In this document: positions 23,787 to 33,816 of the stretch, piece after piece | Numbering within the stretch: the first letter of the stretch is position 1 | Layout of the letters: each line of letters starts with the position of its first letter | From: a virus | Taxonomy: Duplodnaviria; Caudoviricetes | IMG/VR virus record: IMGVR_UViG_3300032007_000065 | Coordinates: 13,898 to 77,897 of that record | Reading direction: 5' to 3' (one strand) | DNA: 64,000 bases | Program-made: the position numbers and the translations under genes | The notes under the pieces: generated by a model | What the model saw: the letters and a program-made list of their open reading frames with translations, nothing else | Databases searched by the model: none | Told to the model about the DNA's origin: nothing

Positions 23787-23984
23787 ATGATTGAAGCAAT
23801 TGGATCGGTTCTGCCGCTCATACTTATTTTGACGGTGGTGTTTGACCTGTTCTTCACCATCGTTAAACCACCCAATTCGAGACTCCTGAGACGGGTTTAC
23901 TTCTTTGGACACAACGTCATTCTCCCCTGTCTCATCTGGCTCAGCTGTTTGTTTACGTTTGCATTTCTGCTCCACGTATTCTGA
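23787..23984 (+). CDS. small membrane protein
   Basis: AGGAG SD, ATG 23787, two TM segments. Confidence 0.65.
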   Translation: MIEAIGSVLPLILILTVVFDLFFTIVKPPNSRLLRRVYFFGHNVILPCLIWLSCLFTFAFLLHVF

Positions 23985-23997
23985 CCGCATATCATTC
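23985..23997 (+). promoter_or_regulatory. class A promoter motif CCGCATATCATTC
   Basis: Directly upstream of the ligase. Confidence 0.55.
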
Positions 23998-24020
23998 TAC
24001 CGAAAGAGAGGTGAAAGAAT

Positions 24021-26201
24021 TTGGCACTGAGAACCAATGTCATCGGCAGTTGTCAGAGCATCCACGGCCGCATCGTCCAGGGCAAGATCACCGTCGATGA
24101 GGTCGTCAAGAAGTACCAACGGGACTTCGAACTGGCCGCCCATGACATCATCAACGAATGGGAGGAACGTCATTCTCTGAATGAAGTGACTCGCCGAAAC
24201 CTGAAGTCGTACCTCATGATCTGTCTCGACGTCTACACGTACTCCGAGATGGGCGACGTCATGATCCCGGACTGGACCTATGACCGAGTCATGACCATCT
24301 GGTGCGACCTGACGTCGAATGAGCGACTGTCGAAGGCCGACTACATCCAGTCGAAGACCATCTGGTCGTTCGTGAAGCATGAAGCACCGTTCATGGTCGG
24401 CACCATCAGTCGGAAAATCTACGACCTTCCAACACTGGAGTTCTTCCTGAAGGAGCTCCGGAGAGACGGCTATCGGCGACTGTTGTATGCACCGAAATTC
24501 GATGGTATCTCGTCTGCGGTGACGCTGAAGGACGGCAAGATCACCCGAGCCGTCACCCGCAACAACGGTGTCGAAGGTCAGGACATCACCGACCTCATCG
24601 TCGCCATGAATCGGGTCAAGAAGATCTTTGACCGTTCCATGCCCGACGGCTACTACAAGTGTGAACTCGTGGTGACGACGGCGGATCTCGACGAACTGAC
24701 GAAGATCAAGCCCTACAAGAATCGCCGGTCGGCAGCGTCGGCCATCGTGTCGACTCCGAGCAACATCATGTACGCCGAGTACCTGACGGCCCTGCCGTTG
24801 GCCTGGGTGAACTTCGAAGGAAGTCGACTCCAGTATCTGGCCTGGAAACAGGTCGAAGCCTACGTCGACGATCCGACGAGTTTCGACACCATGACGGTCT
24901 ACGACAACATCGAACGGATCCTGGCGCACATCCGCAGCGCCGACTATCCGGTCCGTGTCGACGGCGTCGTCATCTTCCCGGTCCACGACGTCACATCCGA
25001 AGAGCCGAACACCGTCGATCTCATGGCCAATGCACTGGCATACAAGGTCAACACCCAGGAGAACCGGACGACCATCGACCACGTCTACGTCTCCGTCGGA
25101 CGAATGGGCATCGCCCGTCCGATGGCCAAGGTAACGCCGGTCGAGGTCAACGAAACCATCGTCCAGGACGTCTCCATCGGCTCCTGGTCGATCTTCGGCG
25201 CCCTGAATCTACACGAACACGAAGACGTCATCGTCTATTCGGCAGGTGACGTCATCCCGCAGATCAAGATGCCGGAGCCGAGAAACTATCCGAGAAATGC
25301 CAAGAGAATCCAGGTCGACATGAGGTGTCCGTACTGTGGCCATCGTCTCCAGCACAAGAACACCGATGTCGCCGCCAACGAGTGGGTCTGTGGCTATCCG
25401 AAGTGCAACCGAGTCGTCGCCGGGCGCATCGTGAACTTTCTCGACAAGCTCGACATCGCCGAGGGCTTCCGTGACCAGGTGTTCTTCAAACTGGCGAAGG
25501 ACTATCTGGTCCAGTCCATCGACGATCTCTTCACGCTTCAGAACCACTATGAGGAGCTCGTCAAGTCCATGGGCAGCCAACTCCAAGCTGACAAGCTGCT
25601 CGACGGTCTCAAGGAGCTGACGACGAAGAAGTTCGAAGTTTCCGACGTCATCGGAGCATTGGGCATCGACGGCATCGGTCCCAAGACCTGTAAGGCGATC
25701 TTTGCCGACGTGACCCTGGATTCGCTGCTGGAGCTGAAGAAGAATCGCATCTACTTCGCACTGCTCGGCATCCCGAACATCGGCGATGCAACGGCGAAAG
25801 TCTTCTCGGACTTCCTCATCGAGAACCATGATCTCATCGAGTTCCTTCAGGAGCACATGAACATCACAGACGACTCCATCACCTACGGCAACATCGTCTT
25901 CACGGGGTTCCGTAACAAGGACTACGCCGAGATCTTCAAGACACTCGGGTTCCCGACGAGAGACAGCATTACCACCGACACCGTAGCCGTCGTCTATGCA
26001 GGCGACACGACGTCGACGAAGGCCAAGAAGGCCATCCAGAAGAACATCCCGCTGGTCCACTTCGGCCAGATCGACGACCTCGTCGATGAAATCAAGCGGC
26101 GCCGTGTCCAGTTAGAGAACCAGAACATCAGCTACGGCAAGGGCTCTCTGGTCCGAGACATCTCTCGGAACGTCCGGACCTACAGCGACATATCATCGTG
26201 A
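24021..26201 (+). CDS. ligA: NAD-dependent DNA ligase
   Basis: APKFDGISS (KxDG), VRVDGVV, OB-fold SVGRMG, Zn finger CPYC..C..C, HhH motifs, BRCT-like tail. Confidence 0.92.
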   Translation: MALRTNVIGSCQSIHGRIVQGKITVDEVVKKYQRDFELAAHDIINEWEERHSLNEVTRRNLKSYLMICLDVYTYSEMGDVMIPDWTYDRVMTIWCDLTSNERLSKADYIQSKTIWSFVKHEAPFMVGTISRKIYDLPTLEFFLKELRRDGYRRLLYAPKFDGISSAVTLKDGKITRAVTRNNGVEGQDITDLIVAMNRVKKIFDRSMPDGYYKCELVVTTADLDELTKIKPYKNRRSAASAIVSTPSNIMYAEYLTALPLAWVNFEGSRLQYLAWKQVEAYVDDPTSFDTMTVYDNIERILAHIRSADYPVRVDGVVIFPVHDVTSEEPNTVDLMANALAYKVNTQENRTTIDHVYVSVGRMGIARPMAKVTPVEVNETIVQDVSIGSWSIFGALNLHEHEDVIVYSAGDVIPQIKMPEPRNYPRNAKRIQVDMRCPYCGHRLQHKNTDVAANEWVCGYPKCNRVVAGRIVNFLDKLDIAEGFRDQVFFKLAKDYLVQSIDDLFTLQNHYEELVKSMGSQLQADKLLDGLKELTTKKFEVSDVIGALGIDGIGPKTCKAIFADVTLDSLLELKKNRIYFALLGIPNIGDATAKVFSDFLIENHDLIEFLQEHMNITDDSITYGNIVFTGFRNKDYAEIFKTLGFPTRDSITTDTVAVVYAGDTTSTKAKKAIQKNIPLVHFGQIDDLVDEIKRRRVQLENQNISYGKGSLVRDISRNVRTYSDISS

Positions 26202-26263
26202 CGGTGTAGAATCGGACCGTCAATTCGACATCGTCAGTAAATTAAACTAGTAGGAGGATCGAT

Positions 26264-27004
26264 ATGAATCAAAACATGCAAATCGGTGCAGAGCGCAGCC
26301 ATTATCTCGTGAGTCCAGCAGATGAAGTCCAGAGGACGCTGCTGGAGCAGGTGGAACACGCCTGTCGCCGAGAATTGATTCAGACGTACAAGATCAACCT
26401 GAATCCGGGCTACATGACGACCATCGCCTGCGTCTATGCGGAGTCCATCGTCAGGACGCTGACCCGGCTCATGAAGGAGCAGCCCGACGGCAGTTCCATC
26501 GACTTCCTGGGCCTATTCTCCGTCGGCTACACGAATCGTCAGAACGACGATGCCGACAAGGACGGCAACATCAACGTCAAGTACGTGCCCGGAGAAATCA
26601 TCGACTCCATTATGGAGCGCGACTTCGCTCCGACGATCACCCCGGAGCAGTGGAAGGGCACCATCATCGAAGTCGTCGAGCGCGAGTGTGGCAAGATGCT
26701 GGCGACGAAGCACAAGATGAATGCCAACTATTCGTACAACTGGACCATCGTCGCCTACGTCTACTTCCAGTATCTCTTCCGGACCCTGAAGGTGCTGACG
26801 AAGGCGGCCTTCGAGAACGGCAAGACCATGGCAATGATCAACTTCCTGGAGGTCTTTGAGGCCCACGGCATCATGGAGCAGATCCCGATGGAAGACAATC
26901 CCGAGATCGTCAACGAGAAGATCACGGTGAAGATTCGTCCCGGCTTCCAGAGCAAGCTGCTCATCAAGGACGATGATACAACCGAGCTTCAGGGTGACGA
27001 CTGA
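26264..27004 (+). CDS. putative DNA-binding protein with two HU/IHF-like repeats
   Basis: SIDFLGLFSV..NINVKYVPG and MINFLEVFEA..KITVKIRPG resemble the HU beta-arm. Confidence 0.5.
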   Translation: MNQNMQIGAERSHYLVSPADEVQRTLLEQVEHACRRELIQTYKINLNPGYMTTIACVYAESIVRTLTRLMKEQPDGSSIDFLGLFSVGYTNRQNDDADKDGNINVKYVPGEIIDSIMERDFAPTITPEQWKGTIIEVVERECGKMLATKHKMNANYSYNWTIVAYVYFQYLFRTLKVLTKAAFENGKTMAMINFLEVFEAHGIMEQIPMEDNPEIVNEKITVKIRPGFQSKLLIKDDDTTELQGDD

Positions 27005-27408
27005 TGGCTCCGAGAACCAGAACAGCTCACGATGGGGAGACCCGTCGTGAGCTGAAGGCTTCCTACATCCGGAGCAGTCGCGACGAGAAGTACGCCGCTC
27101 TAAGGACGGCCATCGAGACCGTTAAGGCGTATCTGGCGGAGCACCATCCGGACGCAACCATCGTGCCGTCGCCCGACGTCAAGAAGACGTCCCAGAAACT
27201 CGAAGACTTCATGTCTGGCACCGAAGGAGTCATTCGGATCATGGACATCCGGTTCGCCGGACCCTACGACCGAGACGACTTCAGCCGTGCCATGTTCCAC
27301 GCAAACGAAGAGAAGTTCCCGAAGTTTCTCATTGTCATTCTGCCGGGGTTCGGAGACAACATCTGCTCCGTCTCCATGAGACGCCGGCGGACTGACCGGA
27401 AAGGATAG
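27004..27408 (+). CDS. hypothetical protein (local paralog family)
   Basis: 134 aa, overlaps the previous stop. Confidence 0.65.
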   Translation: MAPRTRTAHDGETRRELKASYIRSSRDEKYAALRTAIETVKAYLAEHHPDATIVPSPDVKKTSQKLEDFMSGTEGVIRIMDIRFAGPYDRDDFSRAMFHANEEKFPKFLIVILPGFGDNICSVSMRRRRTDRKG

Positions 27409-27410
27409 AC

Positions 27411-27944
27411 ATGTACTACGGAGAGATCAAGAACTACGACATCGCAAACGGCTACGGAGTCAGAGTGTCGCTCTTCGTCTCCGGATGCCGCAACCACTGT
27501 CCCGGATGTTTCCAGCCGCAGACCTGGGACTTCCACTATGGGAAACCGTTCACCAGAGAGACGGCCGACCAGATCATTGAATGGCTGAAGCCGGACTATA
27601 TCAATGGCCTCAGTCTGCTCGGTGGCGATCCATTCGAGATCGAGAACCAGATGGCTCTGATCCCATTTCTCGAGAGAGTCTGTGACGAGGTACCCGGCAA
27701 AGACATCTGGTGCTACACCGGCTACACGCTGGAGCAGATCCTCAGCGACCCGAAGCTGCTCGACGGCTACGGCGCCAAGATGCTGAGCTTCATCGACGTA
27801 CTCGTCGACGGACCGTTCATCGAAGACCAGAAGGACATCTCCCTGAAGTTCAGGGGATCCCGCAACCAGCGCATCATCAATCTGGCGGCGATGCGCAGAA
27901 CTAACATACCGTATACCGGCGACCTTATACTCTGGGATCGCTGA
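27411..27944 (+). CDS. nrdG: anaerobic ribonucleotide reductase activating protein (radical SAM)
   Basis: DIANGYGVRVSLFVSGCRNHCPGCFQ (CxxxCxxC), LSLLGGDP, VLVDGPF, FRGSRNQRII. Confidence 0.95.
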   Translation: MYYGEIKNYDIANGYGVRVSLFVSGCRNHCPGCFQPQTWDFHYGKPFTRETADQIIEWLKPDYINGLSLLGGDPFEIENQMALIPFLERVCDEVPGKDIWCYTGYTLEQILSDPKLLDGYGAKMLSFIDVLVDGPFIEDQKDISLKFRGSRNQRIINLAAMRRTNIPYTGDLILWDR

Positions 27945-27968
27945 ATATTAAGAAGGAGGAACCACAGT

Positions 27969-28502
27969 ATGGACACCAAGACCAGCAGCACCAAGAAGCA
28001 GGTGAGAGGACTGAAGAAGTCTCGCAGCATCTCCTGCACTTACTTCCAGAAGAAGGAAATGGTCAAGACCCTCATCGAAGAAGCCAAGGCATACTTCGGC
28101 GCCTATGGTGTCGAGGTCGAAGAGCTCCAGGCCAATGCCAACACCAAGAAAGGCGAGATCCGCAGCGATTTCTTTAAGGGCAAGCGTCCGCGTGCTCTCT
28201 TCATTCGCTGCAAGTATGACTCGTCGATCCCGTGCTTCAGCAATGAACGGCTCGAAGCCTGGCGCGAAGAGGTTGCGACGAAGCTGCTGCCCGGCTGGGC
28301 TGTCACCTACAGCATCACCTGTAGCCGCGACTATCCAAAGGACACTGCGCCCGAAAAGATTCCGTCGTTCGGAGAGACCTTACTGAATGCAGAACTCGAT
28401 ATCGATGACGACCTCGGCCCCTGGGTCGGCAACATTCGCATCGGGCTCGGCCGCACCACTCGCAAAGACTGTGGTGACGACATGAAGAAGGAGGTGAGTT
28501 GA
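27969..28502 (+). CDS. hypothetical protein (local paralog family)
   Basis: AAGGAGG SD. Confidence 0.7.
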   Translation: MDTKTSSTKKQVRGLKKSRSISCTYFQKKEMVKTLIEEAKAYFGAYGVEVEELQANANTKKGEIRSDFFKGKRPRALFIRCKYDSSIPCFSNERLEAWREEVATKLLPGWAVTYSITCSRDYPKDTAPEKIPSFGETLLNAELDIDDDLGPWVGNIRIGLGRTTRKDCGDDMKKEVS

Positions 28503-28874
28503 ATGTCCGCTAAGGTTATCTCGACCGCGGAGGAGCACAACGCCAAGGTTGAGCTTCTGGAGCTGACGAAGAAGGCCAACACCGATACCCTCAACATCTT
28601 CCTGGCGGAGGCCAAGAAGTTCTTCACCGACGAGCACGGCATCGTGCTTCGTGACTGGGACGAATCGAAATTCCAGCGCGAGCGGTTCTTCACCGGCATG
28701 TCGCCGAGGAACTACTTCCTGGCCATCACCCGGCGTCGCTACGAGCCGATGCCGTCGATCGACATTGGTGTCGTTCAGGACTGGGCCGACGAGGTCCACA
28801 AGAAACTGACTGGTTATCTGCCGGTCATCGAGATTCGCGATTCGTTCATTCGCATTGGACTGAAGCGTGAGTGA
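28503..28874 (+). CDS. hypothetical protein (local paralog family)
   Basis: GGAGGTG SD. Confidence 0.7.
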   Translation: MSAKVISTAEEHNAKVELLELTKKANTDTLNIFLAEAKKFFTDEHGIVLRDWDESKFQRERFFTGMSPRNYFLAITRRRYEPMPSIDIGVVQDWADEVHKKLTGYLPVIEIRDSFIRIGLKRE

Positions 28875-29232
28875 GGTGAGAAATTTGGACAGTCTCGACA
28901 GCTACGTCATGCCCCATGACGAGAAGGTTGTCTACTGTGATCGGCTCAGGAACTCCGTCATCGATTATATGAAAAAGAAGTATCCGACAACGGACGTCGA
29001 AGACGATGCCGGAGAGTTCGGTTCAGCTGACTATCAGCAGAAGTTCATCGACGGCGTCATGAGCCGCGCCTTCTTCCTGGCATTCCGGGAGCCGGAGGAC
29101 TTCGATCGTACCGGTTTCCGTCACTACATTCAGAATGAACTCCAGTCGACGTTGCCGAAGGTTCGTATTCTGATCCGTGGTGAAGGAGACCATAGCAATT
29201 ACACCTATTCGGTGGGACTGAGACGGAGATAA
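28867..29232 (+). CDS. hypothetical protein (local paralog family)
   Basis: GTG start overlapping the previous gene. Confidence 0.65.
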   Translation: MSEVRNLDSLDSYVMPHDEKVVYCDRLRNSVIDYMKKKYPTTDVEDDAGEFGSADYQQKFIDGVMSRAFFLAFREPEDFDRTGFRHYIQNELQSTLPKVRILIRGEGDHSNYTYSVGLRRR

Positions 29233-29238
29233 CGGACA

Positions 29239-29583
29239 ATGGCAAAGATAACAGTCGAAGATCGAATCGGCTACATTGAGACGTTGGTGCTCGCATTCAC
29301 CCAGTACTTCGAAGACAGCAACATCTGGAAAACCCAGCGGATCGATAACGACAGTCCGGGTGTCAAACAGACGTTCTGCATCAATCGGTCTTCGAAACTG
29401 GCGATCATCTGGATATCGACAATACGACACGACTTTTCGGCCGATGAGCTCGTCCACTTCGCCAAGTTCCTGCAGCGTCTCAACCAGGAGTTCGTAGGTT
29501 ACGAGACGTATCTCGAGGTCTCGAACAACGCCGCCGTGATAGGTCTGAAAAGAAAGGCGAAAACCAATGGCAAAACGAATTGA
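29239..29583 (+). CDS. hypothetical protein
   Basis: 114 aa, co-oriented. Confidence 0.65.
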   Translation: MAKITVEDRIGYIETLVLAFTQYFEDSNIWKTQRIDNDSPGVKQTFCINRSSKLAIIWISTIRHDFSADELVHFAKFLQRLNQEFVGYETYLEVSNNAAVIGLKRKAKTNGKTN

Positions 29584-30295
29584 TCCTGAATTCAAGAACC
29601 TGAGCCCGCTGGAGCTGTCCCAGAAGTCCGGCGAGTGCTTCAAAGCATTCATGTTTCAGCACCAGGATCCGGACATGAACGTCAACATGGATGCCGACTC
29701 GTTCGCCCCGTCCATCCCGGCGGCGATTCGACTGCTCTTCAGCAAGACCCTGACCCGCAGCCAGGTGTTGTCGATCCCGGACATCAAGATGGTCTATCGA
29801 GTCGGCGACGAGAAGTACGAGGACGTCAAGATCGAGAAGCAGACGACGAACGAACTCATGCGCAATGTGCTCATCGTGAAGCTCGATGCCTACCAGATCG
29901 ACGAGTTCCGTCAGGCCATTGTCGGTACACCGAGTGACGACGAGATCGTCCTGAAACTCAAGGACATGATCCACGGCTACGTGTCGAACATCCAGATGTA
30001 CAACATTGACGAGGTCGTCGTCCGTACCGAGTCCAAGACCGGCGGCGAACTGTTTCTCCACACGGCGAAACTCACCGTCGTCGATCCGGATCGGGCATCT
30101 CCGTCGTTCCCGATCGAAATTCTCATGAACGAGAGCGACGAGATCAAGTACATGGAGATGCGATTCTCGAAGGCCAAGGGCACGCCGCCCGAGGGCTTCT
30201 ACGTCGGCGCGCTCGACCCGCGCTACGAAAACAAAATCGATTTCAACTCCATGCTCGACGGCATCTCCGATGTCTTCGCATCTGATCCCGACTAG
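29567..30295 (+). CDS. hypothetical protein
   Basis: 242 aa, GAAAGG SD, typical codon usage. Confidence 0.7.
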   Translation: MAKRIDPEFKNLSPLELSQKSGECFKAFMFQHQDPDMNVNMDADSFAPSIPAAIRLLFSKTLTRSQVLSIPDIKMVYRVGDEKYEDVKIEKQTTNELMRNVLIVKLDAYQIDEFRQAIVGTPSDDEIVLKLKDMIHGYVSNIQMYNIDEVVVRTESKTGGELFLHTAKLTVVDPDRASPSFPIEILMNESDEIKYMEMRFSKAKGTPPEGFYVGALDPRYENKIDFNSMLDGISDVFASDPD

Positions 30296-30303
30296 TTCGG
30301 GCT

Positions 30304-30338
30304 AAAAGAAAGAGAAGCTGAGCTTCTCTTTCTTTTTT
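30304..30338. terminator. bidirectional intrinsic terminator
   Basis: AAAAGAAAGAGAAGC-TGA-GCTTCTCTTTCTTTTTT. Confidence 0.85.
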
Positions 30339-30341
30339 GAT

Positions 30342-30878
30342 TTAGTTGTCGCTGTTGTCGGTGACTTCGTCCGCCCGCTCGGCTTCCAGCTCACCCTTCT
30401 CGACGGGTGCCGGTCCGGAGATGTCCATCTCGGAAAGTTCGCCATCGTCGGGCGTGTAGAGCGGATTGTGGAGCGTCGGCTCGAAGGTGTCCTGCTCGAT
30501 GACGGCCTCGAGAACGTCGATCATGTCGGGCAGCGCCTGATCGTCGGGATCCTGGCCCATGTACTCGTGGAGATCAGGCTCCAGGGCGGTGCCGCGATAA
30601 CGGTACGTCAGATTCGTGGCGTCGAACGTCCCTTCGGGCGTCGGCGCAATGGCGATGGTCAGGTTGATGGTGCCCGGCATATAGTTCTCGAAGTATGAGC
30701 CCATGATCTCGTCGACGTCCTTCTGCTTCAGGCGAAGCGTCAGGGACACCAGCAGATCCAGTGTGTCGGAGTCCTTTGTGTTCTGCAACATGTCGTGGAC
30801 CTGACGCCAGTTGTTGGTGACCAGGTTGTTGAGCTCGCGGGAGAACGCCAGGGCAACTTTGTTACGAAGATTCGTCAT
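30342..30878 (-). CDS. hypothetical protein with acidic tail
   Basis: GAAAGGATG SD. Confidence 0.7.
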   Translation of the reverse strand: MTNLRNKVALAFSRELNNLVTNNWRQVHDMLQNTKDSDTLDLLVSLTLRLKQKDVDEIMGSYFENYMPGTINLTIAIAPTPEGTFDATNLTYRYRGTALEPDLHEYMGQDPDDQALPDMIDVLEAVIEQDTFEPTLHNPLYTPDDGELSEMDISGPAPVEKGELEAERADEVTDNSDN

Positions 30879-30913
30879 GTGAAAGTCATCCTTTCTAGAA
30901 GATTGATGGTCTG

Positions 30914-31342
30914 TTAGGTGTCAGATGGAATATAGAACAGGCCGGTGACTGCGAAGACAGTCCAGGTGCCGTTGTTTTCGTCGACTTCGGCGGTCGTTCT
31001 GCCGTCAACGCTGGGCTGTGCGATGGTCGATGCCCGAATGACACCTCCGTTGGTGGCCAGTGACTCGTCGATGACTTCGACGTCGTAGCTGTCGCCGTCG
31101 AAACTCTTGACGTAGCCAAAGATCCTGCGTCCGGGCGGATAGTAGATATTGCCAGACCGGATGACGTTGATGGCTTCGATGAACTCTTTGGAGCCGAGTT
31201 CATGGAACTCTTCGGTCAGCTGAGGACCCAGGAAGACCGGAATACGGTCTCCGCGGTCGAGATGGCTGTCGACGTAGTTCTTCAGGAACTTCGTGAGGTT
31301 GATGAACCTGTGGGTCGATGTGGCGGGTCTCGGGATGCGCAT
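30914..31342 (-). CDS. hypothetical protein
   Basis: GAAAGGA SD; typical codon usage. Confidence 0.65.
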   Translation of the reverse strand: MRIPRPATSTHRFINLTKFLKNYVDSHLDRGDRIPVFLGPQLTEEFHELGSKEFIEAINVIRSGNIYYPPGRRIFGYVKSFDGDSYDVEVIDESLATNGGVIRASTIAQPSVDGRTTAEVDENNGTWTVFAVTGLFYIPSDT

Positions 31343-31347
31343 AGTCG

Positions 31348-31914
31348 TCATTCCTTTCTGATTGATTCGTTCTCCAGCAGCGCGGCTTTGGCCTCGTCGC
31401 TGAAGTCTTCGTCCATTGCATTGCTGGTCTTGGTGACCGGATCTAGCAGCGACAGAATGAAGGCAAAGATGCTGGTGTATCCACCGATGATCTCCTTGAT
31501 ACCGACGCTTCGGATGAGGGCGTCGTAGAGGGTCAGCGGCTTTCCGCTGTCGTCGGAGCCGATGACGATGCTCCGATACGGCTTGAAGAGAAAACGGCGT
31601 CCGACGTGAAGACTGTCTCCGGTGCGCATGATCTCGACGGTGTCGATGAAGTACTTCATCTCGGCCATGTGCTTCAGTCGGTGTTCAGCATCTGTACCGA
31701 AGATCATTCGAAAGTGAATGGAGCCGGGATCGTTGTAGAGAGATCCGAAGGCCGCCTTCAACAGGGGATCCGTCTCTTCTGTTGGAATTGAGAACGTGAT
31801 GGAGTCGACTTCTTCCAGGGTCATGTTGCCCATGTAGTCCATCGACTTCCGACGTTTCCTGCCGATGTCGACGAGTCCCTGGTTCAAAAGTAGAATCCTA
31901 TCCATTGTGTCCAT
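31348..31914 (-). CDS. hypothetical protein
   Basis: GGAGGT SD before ATG 31914. Confidence 0.7.
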   Translation of the reverse strand: MDTMDRILLLNQGLVDIGRKRRKSMDYMGNMTLEEVDSITFSIPTEETDPLLKAAFGSLYNDPGSIHFRMIFGTDAEHRLKHMAEMKYFIDTVEIMRTGDSLHVGRRFLFKPYRSIVIGSDDSGKPLTLYDALIRSVGIKEIIGGYTSIFAFILSLLDPVTKTSNAMDEDFSDEAKAALLENESIRKE

Positions 31915-32021
31915 AGTGTGGTACCTCCGTGGCATTTATTTAAGTATCGGTTTCGGGGTCCGGTGTCATAGAAAGCCATTCCGCGGCCAACGGACTAATT
32001 AAATTATCACGTTCGGATATC

Positions 32022-33815
32022 ATGAACCAGATTCTGAACGAGAAAGGATGGTTCACGTTGCTTAACTACATCCACGAGTATCCGAACCCGCATGTGGGCG
32101 AGTTCAACGAAGACTTCATCTACGCAAGGGACGACATTCCCATCGAAGATCTAGTCATCATGGTCATGAAGGACTTCGAGACGATCGAGAACATCGAGAT
32201 CCTCAGCGTCGAAGTCATCACCGACCAAGACGAAGTGGACTACAACTACCACACCGTCAATATCAACTACAAGAAGAAACGTCTTGACCAGATTGAGATA
32301 CCGAAAAATAAATTCGTCACCGACTCCAGATTCGGCGAAGTGGTCTTCACCATTCGCATTCACACGAATCTGAACGAAACGACCATTGTCAAACGCATAC
32401 TCATTCCGGTCGAAGAGGACGGCCAGTTCCTGCTGTCGTCGAAGACGTGGAAGCCGATCTGGCAGCTCTGTGACGCCAACACCTATACCCAGCGCGGCAA
32501 GGTGACGTTCAAGTCCCGTATGCCGATCATCATATACCAGACGAAGAACCGCATCATGCAGGACATCTCCGGCAACGAATGGAACTTCACGTCGCATTCA
32601 TATGCGCTCGACACCAAATCGAAGCGCCGCGGATCGAAGAAAAAGACGAAGTTCATCAACCCGCTGATGATATTTGCCGCCAAGATGGGCATGCGCCGTG
32701 CACTGGCCTACTTCCACATGGACGGCATCATTCGACTGGTGCCGAAGATCGACGACGACTACCATGAAGCCAGTCTCTGCAGCTACTTCAAACTCGACGA
32801 CGTCTACGTCGAAGTGCCGACGGAGCTGCTGGACAAACACGAACTGGTGCGCCACGTCACCTGTATGCTGCTCTACTGCGGCTCCAGAGATTTCCCGGTC
32901 CAATGGGACGATCTCGAGAACCGCGAATACTGGATCTGCCGCATCGGCTACATTGGATCCATCAAGAGCCCGAGTCTCTATTCGTTCCGCGACAAGGGCT
33001 ACACCACCATGCACATGATCGAGCGTCTCTACGACTCGATCTCCGAGCAGAACCTGCGGCTGCCCGAGGTCTACAAGGACTCGATCTATTCCATTCTATA
33101 CTGGATGATTCTCAATTTCGACACGCTGAAGTCCAAGAATAACATGGACATGATGACGAAACGAATTCGTCGCAACGAGTGTATTGTCATGTCGTCGCTT
33201 GGCAAGAAGGTCGCCGAGAACATCAATAAACTCATCGAAAAGAAATCGAAGTCCAAGATGAACACCATGGACACGCTGCTGGAGCTCTTCAACTTCCCCA
33301 GCGACATCGTCATGAGTGGTGTCAAGAACAACTCCGACATCGTCAAGTCCGACGACATCGTCAACGACATGAGCTTCCTACAGGATCTGGCCTACAGCTC
33401 CAAGGGACCGAACTCACTCGGCGAGAATTCGTCGAAGTCAATTCCGGCGCGATACCGCTACCTGCACCCGTCTCAGATGGGCATACTCGATTTGAACGTC
33501 AGCTCGAACTCCGACCCCGGCATGAGTGGATCGTTCACGCCGTTCGTGAAGCTCTACGATGGATTCTTCTTCAATCCGAATCCCGACCCCTGTGATGCCG
33601 AGTACGAGCACCTGAAGGGACTCCATGAGTTCCTGAAAGGCAACCGGGCGTTCCTGAAGTCGTTCCCGGAACTGAAGGACTCCATCCTGGTGAAGATTCC
33701 GGACAAGTCGCTGGCGGATCTCGACAGCTTCGTCAAGTACGTCACCAAGTACCGGACGGAGTTTGCAGACGCCCTTCGGTATCTGCCCATCGAGATCCAC
33801 GAGAAGGAGGACTGA
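32022..33815 (+). CDS. RNA polymerase beta subunit, N-terminal part (split phage RNAP)
   Basis: RYRYLHPSQMGILDLNVSSNSDPGMSGSFTP matches the beta motif R.vHps.yG.icp..tp....G; QLCDANTY; context of other split RNAP subunits. Confidence 0.85.
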   Translation: MNQILNEKGWFTLLNYIHEYPNPHVGEFNEDFIYARDDIPIEDLVIMVMKDFETIENIEILSVEVITDQDEVDYNYHTVNINYKKKRLDQIEIPKNKFVTDSRFGEVVFTIRIHTNLNETTIVKRILIPVEEDGQFLLSSKTWKPIWQLCDANTYTQRGKVTFKSRMPIIIYQTKNRIMQDISGNEWNFTSHSYALDTKSKRRGSKKKTKFINPLMIFAAKMGMRRALAYFHMDGIIRLVPKIDDDYHEASLCSYFKLDDVYVEVPTELLDKHELVRHVTCMLLYCGSRDFPVQWDDLENREYWICRIGYIGSIKSPSLYSFRDKGYTTMHMIERLYDSISEQNLRLPEVYKDSIYSILYWMILNFDTLKSKNNMDMMTKRIRRNECIVMSSLGKKVAENINKLIEKKSKSKMNTMDTLLELFNFPSDIVMSGVKNNSDIVKSDDIVNDMSFLQDLAYSSKGPNSLGENSSKSIPARYRYLHPSQMGILDLNVSSNSDPGMSGSFTPFVKLYDGFFFNPNPDPCDAEYEHLKGLHEFLKGNRAFLKSFPELKDSILVKIPDKSLADLDSFVKYVTKYRTEFADALRYLPIEIHEKED

Positions 33816-33816
33816 C

